IMG/VR virus record: IMGVR_UViG_3300012988_000016
Span: 186,001-250,000 of that record
Length of the DNA: 64,000 nt
Strand: one strand, 5' to 3'
Below, piece after piece: positions 56,173 to 64,000 of the stretch (its first letter is position 1; every line of letters starts with the position of its first letter). The translations under genes and the position numbers were made by a program. Below the pieces are notes generated by a model. The model saw nothing but the letters and a program-made list of their open reading frames with translations, ran no database searches and was not told where the DNA came from.

Positions 56173-56688
56173 ATGGAAAGACGTGATTTTCTAAGTCTGG
56201 TGCCGGCTGTGGGGTTCGTGCTGTTGGCTCCCAAATTGGCGTTTGCCAACGCTATTCCGTTACATGGCGGCCTCTACAAAGAGGTCCTGCTTCAACGAAT
56301 CCTTCACTCAGAGGCTTTGGCTGAAAGGAATTTCAATCTTCGTCAAGAGACGGCCGATTCCAAGATCTGGCCGGTGATCCTGCAACACTCTGAAACCTTT
56401 GATGGCCGTCAGAAGGTCCACATAGCCCATGAGAACGTGTCCCATCAACGTCTAGGGTTGCTTGAGTACAATCCACCGAATCCAACAGATGCTTGGTTGA
56501 TGGAAGGCCGAAATAATGCGATGAGATTCTCGATAAAGGATCTAGGTGTCTACTATGAGTGGCGACGGGCCTTATCCTTTCTGAAATTTGGGCTACCAAA
56601 CTTGCGTCAAAGTAAATCGTTCGCACTAACTTGCTACCTCTACACCCAGATGGGTTGGGAACCCCTCCAGAAGGCGCTTCACATCTGA
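56173..56688 (+). CDS. Hypothetical protein with twin-arginine (Tat) signal peptide
   Basis: MERRDFLSLVPAVGFVLLAPKLAFA; start 9 nt after GGTGTA. Confidence 0.6.
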   Translation: MERRDFLSLVPAVGFVLLAPKLAFANAIPLHGGLYKEVLLQRILHSEALAERNFNLRQETADSKIWPVILQHSETFDGRQKVHIAHENVSHQRLGLLEYNPPNPTDAWLMEGRNNAMRFSIKDLGVYYEWRRALSFLKFGLPNLRQSKSFALTCYLYTQMGWEPLQKALHI

Positions 56689-56945
56689 TGCCCAAACCAC
56701 TGGACCCAAAAGTCATAGAGGCGCTAGACGCCGTCAGGCGAGCCGAGCGGACCGCCGAGTTGGCCGAAATACGAGCCGACAATTGGACCATGTCGATCTG
56801 GTTGGGGATTCTTGGGTCAGTTTTGCTGATAGGAGCTTACTGGTTCTGGCCACTGTTGGCCCCCATCCCCTACGTGATGTTGATCTGGGGTTTGCTTTGG
56901 ACCAACAACCGTCGGGATATCCGTCGGCTCAGCGAAGAAGAATGA
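56688..56945 (+). CDS. Small two-TM membrane protein
   Basis: Hydrophobic hairpin. Confidence 0.55.
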   Translation: MPKPLDPKVIEALDAVRRAERTAELAEIRADNWTMSIWLGILGSVLLIGAYWFWPLLAPIPYVMLIWGLLWTNNRRDIRRLSEEE

Positions 56946-57181
56946 CGTCCCGACGTGAACGGATCAGTAGCTCGGGACAAGTTACAGTCCTATGTTGCTT
57001 TCATCGTGAAAAGACCCCTTCTCTGACCATCTGGCCAAACGACAAATTCTTATGTCACGGCTGCCGTCATTCAGGGGACATGAAGGATTACCCAGAATTA
57101 TCCCAACGGGTCAACACCATCCGAAGATATCGGAATGGATCAGAGCAACTGTCTTTCCCTTGGTTCAACGCCGAAGATTGA
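56942..57181 (+). CDS. Stand-alone CHC2 (primase-type) zinc finger
   Basis: CCFHREKTPSLTIWPNDKFLCHGCRHSGD. Confidence 0.8.
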   Translation: MTSRRERISSSGQVTVLCCFHREKTPSLTIWPNDKFLCHGCRHSGDMKDYPELSQRVNTIRRYRNGSEQLSFPWFNAED

Positions 57182-57467
57182 CGCCCGTCTTGGCAATCTC
57201 GGCCGAGAAGGTCTCAATCTTGTGTGTGGTTCGGATCCAGTCTACCAATCCAGCCAACGGGCACAGCAACGATACCGAGCTGGCCAACAGGGCTCTTGAC
57301 CAAGACAATCCGACCAACAATCCGGTCACCAGAAACAAGATCAGGTAGGCAAGAGTCCAAAGCCCGTAGCGTCTCAACATCCCTTTTCGGATACGGGTGT
57401 AGTAATCCCTCAGGGTGTGAAGGTCTGCGATTCTGACCCACTCAGGTTCCGGCAATTCTTGCATCAC
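57165..57467 (-). CDS. Small two-TM membrane protein
   Basis: Two hydrophobic segments. Confidence 0.55.
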   Translation of the reverse strand: MMQELPEPEWVRIADLHTLRDYYTRIRKGMLRRYGLWTLAYLILFLVTGLLVGLSWSRALLASSVSLLCPLAGLVDWIRTTHKIETFSAEIAKTGVNLRR

Positions 57468-58303
57468 TTGACCAAGCGTAGAAAACGACTACTGCCGTCT
57501 TGGGGGCGAGCATGGAGATAGCGGGAAGTGGTGGCGATGTTTTGATGCCCCAACGTCTTTGAGATAAGGATGAGAGATGCGCCGGATTGCATGGCATGAC
57601 TGGCGTGACAGTGTCGGAACAGATGTGGCCAAGCCTTGACTCCTGCCTCCAGGCCAGTTCTCTTCACAATACGGCGGGCATCCCTGGTGCTGAGTTGGCG
57701 GCCCCGCAAAGACTTGAAGATAGGGGCGTCATCCTTGTCTTGCTTCTTGCGCAAAGCCCTCAGTTCGTCCGCAATCGTGCTAGGAAGCATGATGGTTCGT
57801 GTCCGGCGGCCTTTCCCATGAACCGTTACTCGGAAGTCCTGCAGGTCTTTGAATCGGAGGCCGACCGCCTCGGCGATCCGCACCCCAGAAGCGTAGAGGA
57901 AGCGGATCAGCGTCTTGTTACGCCCATGGTCAGCTGCATTGATGACTTGCTCCACCCCCTCTTCCTCAATGATCCGCTCGTTCAACGTATCTGGCACCTT
58001 GGGGGCCTTGAGGATCAGCCCAATATTGAAAACCAGGTAGCCAGTCCGATGGCCGAAACTGAGCAAACTCTTGATGGTGCTGATCTTCCTCGCCACGGTG
58101 GCGGGCATCCCATTCAGCGACTCGGCCCATCCCAACACCTGAGTGGCTGTTGCCCCCTGGAGGCCGTTAGGTAGCTCTTGGAGGAACTTTAGTGCTACTG
58201 GACGGTAGGCCGTCTTGGAGGCCGGAGGGCGACCGCTGAGCCACAAATCCAGCAACTGCTCATCAGAGGTGGCGCCGGATAGATTTTGGGGCAGGTGGTT
58301 CAT
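57464..58303 (-). CDS. Tyrosine recombinase/integrase (XerC/D-like)
   Basis: YASGVRIAE (R), GKGRRTR (K), HLFRH (HxxR), LGH and TSRY (Y). Confidence 0.93.
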   Translation of the reverse strand: MNHLPQNLSGATSDEQLLDLWLSGRPPASKTAYRPVALKFLQELPNGLQGATATQVLGWAESLNGMPATVARKISTIKSLLSFGHRTGYLVFNIGLILKAPKVPDTLNERIIEEEGVEQVINAADHGRNKTLIRFLYASGVRIAEAVGLRFKDLQDFRVTVHGKGRRTRTIMLPSTIADELRALRKKQDKDDAPIFKSLRGRQLSTRDARRIVKRTGLEAGVKAWPHLFRHCHASHAMQSGASLILISKTLGHQNIATTSRYLHARPQDGSSRFLRLVK

Positions 58304-58582
58304 GATTGAACAAACGACCCATCTGTAGGGAAATTAAGGAGCTTTGATCGCTGCCCGCCCCAAATTGGTGATCTGATAGGTTGGGTCGGCTTTTCCATTC
58401 CCACAGATCACATTGGCTGTCAGCAAAGATTCGAGCATCGGCCTAGTGACCTTGGAGATGGATCTACCCTCACACAAGACAGGATGTTGTCCGTGACAGG
58501 AGTCGTTGTCGATGTAGAAAATTGCGGCTCCTCTGGCCATAGCCTCCAAGATTTGGAGTGCGCGGCGAGTCAGAGGCATGGT

Positions 58583-58828
58583 TCAGGGCAACGCCGAAAG
58601 GGCCGTGTGTTGGATCACCATACAGGACCAGGGATAGTAGGATTTGTCCAACCCTTCCGCAGTCTCAATCTCGACGATCCACATGTCGACCAGATGTCGA
58701 GAAGACAGGCCTCGAATTTTGCCCGTACCTTTGACTGTCCCCAGGTCGAAATTGACCTTCTTTCCGTCAGCATAGAAGGGTTTGATCTTGCCCGATAGGT
58801 CGAGCTGCTGTTCGAATGATTGTGCCAT
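58583..58828 (-). CDS. Hypothetical protein
   Basis: Probable start ATG 58828, downstream of GGTGTA (58843-58848, minus strand). Confidence 0.5.
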   Translation of the reverse strand: MAQSFEQQLDLSGKIKPFYADGKKVNFDLGTVKGTGKIRGLSSRHLVDMWIVEIETAEGLDKSYYPWSCMVIQHTALSALP

Positions 58829-59081
58829 GGTGGGTCCTACGGTACACCAAACCAGAAGGTTAAGGCCGGTGTATCGCACCCAGATGAAAATCATCGAATC
58901 ATCAACTGATCTAATGACATGGAAACCCTTCATCGGCCCTGGACCAGACGAACAAGTTGAAGCTGCTTGGCAGGAGGTTCAGTTGTGGATCCAGCAAGAG
59001 CAACCCTTCGGGTTCTTCCGCATGGTCGCCTTCATTCCACCGGAGGTGTAAACTCGTCCGACAAAACACCTACTAGACAAG

Positions 59082-59486
59082 GTGCGTCAAAGCAAGTACG
59101 TTCCCCACATGAAAGATTTCTCATTCGACTACGAGAAACTTTACCGTCTAGGCACCTCACAAGCCCTAGACTACCTCTACGAAATGATGGAGGAATTCCT
59201 GTTTGCTGGCCGTTATGACCTAGCCGAGCAAATCATGGTCAACATCGACCTGGACCGAGGTCAGACTGCGTTGGCGTGTGGGATCCTGACCGTCACGCTA
59301 ATTTGGGATGAGGTGTTGCCCAGTCGGCCTGCGTTCTACCAGCGGGCCTACGAGTACTACCGAACCCGAGATAAGGATGCCGACGCTATCTTGGACGGAT
59401 TGGAAAGGTACGAACCGTTTCCGGGAGTTCCGAGTCTTCGGGACTTTCGTGTGACGAGGTGGCAGGGGGCTTCAAAAGCTCAGTGA
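59082..59486 (+). CDS. Hypothetical protein
   Basis: 134-aa ORF. Confidence 0.6.
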   Translation: MRQSKYVPHMKDFSFDYEKLYRLGTSQALDYLYEMMEEFLFAGRYDLAEQIMVNIDLDRGQTALACGILTVTLIWDEVLPSRPAFYQRAYEYYRTRDKDADAILDGLERYEPFPGVPSLRDFRVTRWQGASKAQ

Positions 59487-59843
59487 TCTTGGCTTGAGCC
59501 CTAACATCTCGCCGGCTCAATCGGATGTGACGGTGTTCCCGAACATCCAGGTAACCATCGTAGTGATTGAATGACATTTAGTGTCCTTTCAAAATCCTAG
59601 TCACAAGCCTCAGCCGGCTTGCTCGTGATCGCTTTCGAAAGCGTCGCAAGATAGGGTAGATGTCTTCCGACACCCCGTCTAGCTCGGAAGTGATCTTCAG
59701 CTTATTTCTTACCCCTTCCACGCTCAACAGATCTACCGTCACTTCGGGTGTGATGGTGTGGGTCAGCTGCTTGACTTGACACAAGTATTTGATCACCGCC
59801 CAAGTGAATAGGCGATAGAAATCCTGGTCTACTTTCGCCGACA

Positions 59844-60293
59844 TCAGGGCAACCACCATGATTCCCGATCTTTGAACAACGGCTTGATCAAGTCGGCCTG
59901 GGCTTGACCATCTTTCCAACGTTGGATGAAGCGTTGGCGGTCTGCTTCGTCCTTGGCGTAACTGCCGCCACCCTCTTTCTGACCGTCCACCCGACACCAA
60001 GTCGCATCAGCTTGTTCGAAGGCGGCTTCCAAGCCGGCCCCTTTGCGGAGTGCTGATAGGAAGTCCAACGCACTGTAGACACATCCCCCAGAGCCAGGAA
60101 TCAGCCTTGAGGCGACCGCTTTGGGGGTGTTGTCCCCATACGGTTTCTCGGTAGCTTGTTCGAAATTGTCGAACGCCTTGAGGATGCAGAAGGCGATCGT
60201 CACTGGATGCCCTGGGTAGAGGGCGTGATCCGGAGTGATGCCGTATTCTTGAAATAGTTCCCGATCAATTGTCATACCCATCCTGACGGCCAT
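59844..60293 (-). CDS. Hypothetical protein
   Basis: 149-aa ORF. Confidence 0.6.
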   Translation of the reverse strand: MAVRMGMTIDRELFQEYGITPDHALYPGHPVTIAFCILKAFDNFEQATEKPYGDNTPKAVASRLIPGSGGCVYSALDFLSALRKGAGLEAAFEQADATWCRVDGQKEGGGSYAKDEADRQRFIQRWKDGQAQADLIKPLFKDRESWWLP

Positions 60294-60312
60294 CAGATGT
60301 GGAAGTTAAGGG

Positions 60313-61257
60313 TCAAAAACGGGCTATACCAGCCTCATAGTAGATAGGCTGGAGCTCTGCCCCAAAGGCTCGACGGCCTAGCCGTTTGGCAGCCAGCGAG
60401 CCACTGAACAGGCCGCCAAAGGGTTCCCACACCACATCCCCTGGGTCAGATGAAGCTTCGATCAGGCGACTCATCAGGTCGAGGGGCTTCTGATTGGGAT
60501 GCAGCATTTTGGTCCCCACCTTGACCCTCTCATGCCCATTGACTGGACCTCGGTTCCAACAATTGGTCACCCCATGAGGGCAGTTGAACTTAGCTCTCAT
60601 CAGTTTCCACTCAGATGGGGTGACGGGATGCTGACCATCAAGTGAGAAATAGGGACGTCCCTCGGGTCTACCATGTTGATTGGCATGATTGACCATCAGT
60701 TGCATCGCCTGCACTGGGGGAAAGTACCAGAGTCGTCCTTGATTGAGGTACTTTCGAGTAGCCGCATCCTTGACCCCACAAGCCTCGTTGGCTGATTTGA
60801 GGGTCAGTCCAGTACGCCTCCATTCCCGCAGCAACCACTGTTTGAGCGTGGAACAGGCAACCTTTGGCTCAAACACGTACTGACAACATATCTCGGTCAC
60901 GACAGGGAAGCGGCGTATTTTCTTCGTATCTACGTTGCCTGCAATGTGCTGAAGTCCCTTGTTCCACACATTGAGGTTTTGATACCGCCAGCCATATCGC
61001 TCCAACAATGGGTGAGCGGACGCCCACCCTATCTCGGTATTCCAGAACCAGAGGGTAGTTTGGGGCAAGGCTAGCTCCGACCAAAGCCTCACATGAGGCT
61101 CATACCAAGGCGGTATGCTGAGATGATCGGAGGTGTCTCCTTCGAAGCCCAATAGACCGTACGCCCCATCTGAGATGATGACGGTTGGCTTGGGCCAATC
61201 TCTGTAGAACTGCAGACTGTCCCCAAGATAAAGGGAGGCTTGCCCCTCAAGCATCAT
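60313..61257 (-). CDS. DNA methyltransferase (N4/N6, beta class) with atypical catalytic motif
   Basis: IISDGAYG in place of DPPY; HPNQKPLDLM and VWEPFGGLFSG. Confidence 0.8.
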   Translation of the reverse strand: MMLEGQASLYLGDSLQFYRDWPKPTVIISDGAYGLLGFEGDTSDHLSIPPWYEPHVRLWSELALPQTTLWFWNTEIGWASAHPLLERYGWRYQNLNVWNKGLQHIAGNVDTKKIRRFPVVTEICCQYVFEPKVACSTLKQWLLREWRRTGLTLKSANEACGVKDAATRKYLNQGRLWYFPPVQAMQLMVNHANQHGRPEGRPYFSLDGQHPVTPSEWKLMRAKFNCPHGVTNCWNRGPVNGHERVKVGTKMLHPNQKPLDLMSRLIEASSDPGDVVWEPFGGLFSGSLAAKRLGRRAFGAELQPIYYEAGIARF

Positions 61258-62153
61258 GGGGATGGTTGGTAGACCGTAAAATTGTTCACGAAGGAGCTCT
61301 TCTTAGGGTCCAACACATCATCCAACAACATGGTGAAATCCCCATTCTTGGTACGATTCCCATTGTTGATGAACCCACCTCTAATCCCAGAAGTGAACAT
61401 CCATCGATGCTCGGCAGGGATCATTCGATCCAGCTTATCCCCTATACCGGCACCCAGTCTCAGTTGTTCGGCTCGCTTGGAACCAAAAATCAACGTATGG
61501 TCACGACGAACCAAATTATCCAATCGAGGCGGGCGTCCGTCATGAGCGTCGATCGCAGGAGCGAACAATGTGTTTTCAAAGCCGGCCCTAGGACGGTACC
61601 ACCAGAATATCGGATCGGTGCTTTCACCCCGCATATCCTGCATATCAAAGCAACAAATGGCGATTGGCCATTCTGGATATAGACGCCCCAATTCGTCCAA
61701 GAAAGCCTCAGGGATATGGGGGCGTTTGTTGGACGGAACTTCTTTCAACGCTAGATTCAAACCAGCCGCTGAATTGGACAGCGCTACCGTATAGGCACCG
61801 GAGTCAATGATCTCGAAGGCTACTGCACCCAACACATCTTCGTCATCGTCTTCACTCAAAGAGAAGCTTCTGGAAAAGCTTTTCTGCTTGGGTTTAAGAT
61901 GCTCGATCGCTTGATGGTATTCAGACAAGATGTCTTTGAAGCCGCTCGCATCCACCACATTAGCCGGACCCAATGAACCCAGGGCAGGGATGGGTAGGAT
62001 CATGGCATTCGGGCCTCGCCTGTAGGCCGTCACACTATTTTGATAACCCAGGACGTGGACTGTCTCAACCCCATCTTCTGTGGGATGATCCACTTCAGCT
62101 GAATAGATGACGGTGTTGGAAAGCTCAGTACCAGATTCGATGACACAACACAT
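61254..62153 (-). CDS. Conserved hypothetical protein
   Basis: 299 aa; YQN...NAMILPIP, SGAYTVALS and APAIDAHDG. Confidence 0.65.
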   Translation of the reverse strand: MCCVIESGTELSNTVIYSAEVDHPTEDGVETVHVLGYQNSVTAYRRGPNAMILPIPALGSLGPANVVDASGFKDILSEYHQAIEHLKPKQKSFSRSFSLSEDDDEDVLGAVAFEIIDSGAYTVALSNSAAGLNLALKEVPSNKRPHIPEAFLDELGRLYPEWPIAICCFDMQDMRGESTDPIFWWYRPRAGFENTLFAPAIDAHDGRPPRLDNLVRRDHTLIFGSKRAEQLRLGAGIGDKLDRMIPAEHRWMFTSGIRGGFINNGNRTKNGDFTMLLDDVLDPKKSSFVNNFTVYQPSP

Positions 62154-62159
62154 GACAGG

Positions 62160-62648
62160 TCATACACCACCGAAAGGGACCTTGTGCGGGGGTTGCCAAT
62201 AGTTTGGCCAGTTCTCGATCAGTCGGGTAAGACAGTAATCCATGTGCTCAATCACACTAAGAGGTACTTGATGCACATTCCTAGCATGGCTGACCTCTAC
62301 CGGACATTCCAGCAACACCAACTCTGGAAAATGCCCAAAAGCCGACGCTATCTGAACGTAAGGCGCAAGATCGTACAACATCACATTGGTGTTATCGACC
62401 ACAACCGTCGATTCTCTAGACAATGGAGTGGTGGTCCGATAATAGTGCATGGGGGTGGACACCAGATTGACGAACTTGCGCAAACAAGCCCCATGAGCCA
62501 AACTCCGATCCTCTATTTCAAAGCTGTATCCACCTGGACCTTCATGCCAATGATCGGCACTGCAAATCGAAACGTCCCCCCAAGTGTTTCGCTTGATCCA
62601 AGTAGATTTCCCAGCGCCTGGTAGCCCAATCAAAATCACCACTCTCAT
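62160..62648 (-). CDS. P-loop kinase (AAA_33/polynucleotide-kinase-like)
   Basis: LIGLPGAGKSTW, CSADHW, VVDNTN and RNVHQVP. Confidence 0.85.
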   Translation of the reverse strand: MRVVILIGLPGAGKSTWIKRNTWGDVSICSADHWHEGPGGYSFEIEDRSLAHGACLRKFVNLVSTPMHYYRTTTPLSRESTVVVDNTNVMLYDLAPYVQIASAFGHFPELVLLECPVEVSHARNVHQVPLSVIEHMDYCLTRLIENWPNYWQPPHKVPFGGV

Positions 62649-62675
62649 GGTGAGGCATTACACCAAATCCTGGAC

Positions 62676-62975
62676 TCAAGGCTTCGGAAGTGGGTCTGCT
62701 TTGACGAACCAGCTGACACCCCAGCAAGAGTAGTGATCTCCCGAACAGGTGCAGTAGTAGGCCAGCGGGTCACCCGAACTATCTAGCGGCACAGGAGTGT
62801 TGTGGGCACCGAACGCACAGGTGTCAGCCGTCTGAGGGTCACACTTGAAAGTGCCGTAGTTGAAATCAGCCGCATCATGCAGATAGCAGGAGTCTGGGAC
62901 GGCTGGCTTCTGGTCAGGATCCTGACCTGAACATGAGGTTAGTACTAGGAACGCTAAAATGATGGTTTTACACAT
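62676..62975 (-). CDS. Small Cys-rich lipoprotein
   Basis: Lipobox LVLTSC; additional Cys residues. Confidence 0.6.
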   Translation of the reverse strand: MCKTIILAFLVLTSCSGQDPDQKPAVPDSCYLHDAADFNYGTFKCDPQTADTCAFGAHNTPVPLDSSGDPLAYYCTCSGDHYSCWGVSWFVKADPLPKP

Positions 62976-63031
62976 ACCATCTAGAACGGAGCAAGGAAAT
63001 GAAAGTTAAGGTCCCTGCTCCGTTCTCAACG

Positions 63032-63823
63032 TCAACTTTCCCAGGTGGGGGTCGACCAGGCTTCGGGCCACGAACGTGTGGCGGGGGATGCTTGGTTCTT
63101 ATCCTTGGTCAAACCTTGATCCCGCATCTTCGCAGCAACCAGGCGGTCGGCCTCCACATCTGAGCCGTTGTAGCGTGAGACCTGCTCCTTATTGGGGTTC
63201 TTCTGACCTTCCTTGAGGGTCAAAAAGCCGCATTCGATCGCTCTCTCAAGAGCAGCGATCTTCATAGGAGATCCGTTCCGTAGGATGACCTGTTCCTTCC
63301 CATCATAGTAGATCTCAGAGTCTTTCAAAAAGGTCAGCTGAGAGTGGGCGGCGGTTCCAGTTACCCAGGAATGAACAAATTCTCTGGCTACCAGATAAAT
63401 GGTATAGACGGCACTCTGGGTTCCCTCTGACCTCTTAATCTGGGTCCAATCGACATCACGTGGGTACATGAACCCCGCTTGAGAGGTACGATCTTCGGAC
63501 AACCATCTCCCCTGATATACCTCTCCGTACAGTTTTACCGTACCATGCAGCTTATAGTTTCCAGCATGAGTCCTGACCACCGTACCATCTGGCAGGGTTT
63601 CGGGGAGTTTGGTAGGTTGTTTACCGTAGAAGCCTGCACGACGGGCTCGGATGCGTCGACCCAAAGCCACTACGACTTCTGGATTCTCGGCCCTGGCTCC
63701 AGGCGCACATGCATACGAGATAGCGGCCAGATGTAGGTCTTGAACACCATAACTGGGGCAGTCGGCCCATCCAAGGATTTGACCATCAGCGTCTTGTTCA
63801 CCACAACATTCGCATTTAGACAT
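63032..63823 (-). CDS. Hypothetical protein
   Basis: Start moved to ATG 63823 (9 nt after GGTGTA 63833-63838, minus strand). Confidence 0.6.
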   Translation of the reverse strand: MSKCECCGEQDADGQILGWADCPSYGVQDLHLAAISYACAPGARAENPEVVVALGRRIRARRAGFYGKQPTKLPETLPDGTVVRTHAGNYKLHGTVKLYGEVYQGRWLSEDRTSQAGFMYPRDVDWTQIKRSEGTQSAVYTIYLVAREFVHSWVTGTAAHSQLTFLKDSEIYYDGKEQVILRNGSPMKIAALERAIECGFLTLKEGQKNPNKEQVSRYNGSDVEADRLVAAKMRDQGLTKDKNQASPATRSWPEAWSTPTWES

Positions 63824-64000
63824 GATGACTCCTACACCAATCAGTTGACCCAAGTACTGGCCAATATGGCGGTACAGCTCCTTGTTACAAATCTCGTCGA
63901 CATATAGAAAGGATGTCCAAAGTCGAATCGACCTTTACACCCACAATGTGGACATGTGTGCTCCACTATTGTCTCGGTGACCCTAATTGGTTCATGCTCG

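Noticed and set aside
1-64000. Alternative genetic code (stop-codon reassignment), as seen in some large phages
   Set aside because: Known proteins (Cas9, helicase, PcfJ, MTases) are full length under code 11, and TAA, TAG and TGA all terminate genes.
1-64000. tRNA, rRNA, cas1/cas2, reverse transcriptase or IS transposase genes
   Set aside because: No supporting motifs seen. A tRNAscan/Infernal run is needed to exclude small RNAs.

Overview
This window looks like an accessory region of a large dsDNA bacteriophage or phage-like element. It holds more than 100 tightly packed, mostly short ORFs on both strands, uses the standard genetic code, and shows no rRNA or tRNA that I could see. The only structure-like gene is a tailspike-type beta-helix. 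A fibro-slime lipoprotein weakly suggests a myxobacterial-type host. The centrepiece is a minimal type II-C CRISPR-Cas9 locus with no cas1/cas2: a tracrRNA (~19459-19560), a 1020-aa Cas9 (19573-22635) and a 15-repeat array (22741-23717) with 35-37 nt spacers. The Cas9 keeps all RuvC and HNH catalytic motifs, but its C-terminal third appears rewired. The blocks that canonically run RuvC-III catalytic segment, WED/PI-start, PI-end occur here in reverse order, so the HHAVDA RuvC segment ends the protein. Two window-wide patterns also stand out. First, a GGTGTA motif lies about 9-10 nt upstream of more than 30 start codons, often as back-to-back palindromes, and is a candidate phage promoter for leaderless mRNAs and the tracrRNA. 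Second, about 16 otherwise unrelated proteins share a short C-terminal peptide motif. Recognisable genes include coaD, coaE, HU, Pth2, an HslV-like protease, two papain-like proteases, a J-domain protein, BI-1/YccA, two DNA methyltransferases, an MTase-helicase fusion, an Eco29kI-like GIY-YIG nuclease, a tyrosine recombinase, PcfJ and two ATP-grasp proteins. All family calls come from motif recognition by eye, not from database searches.
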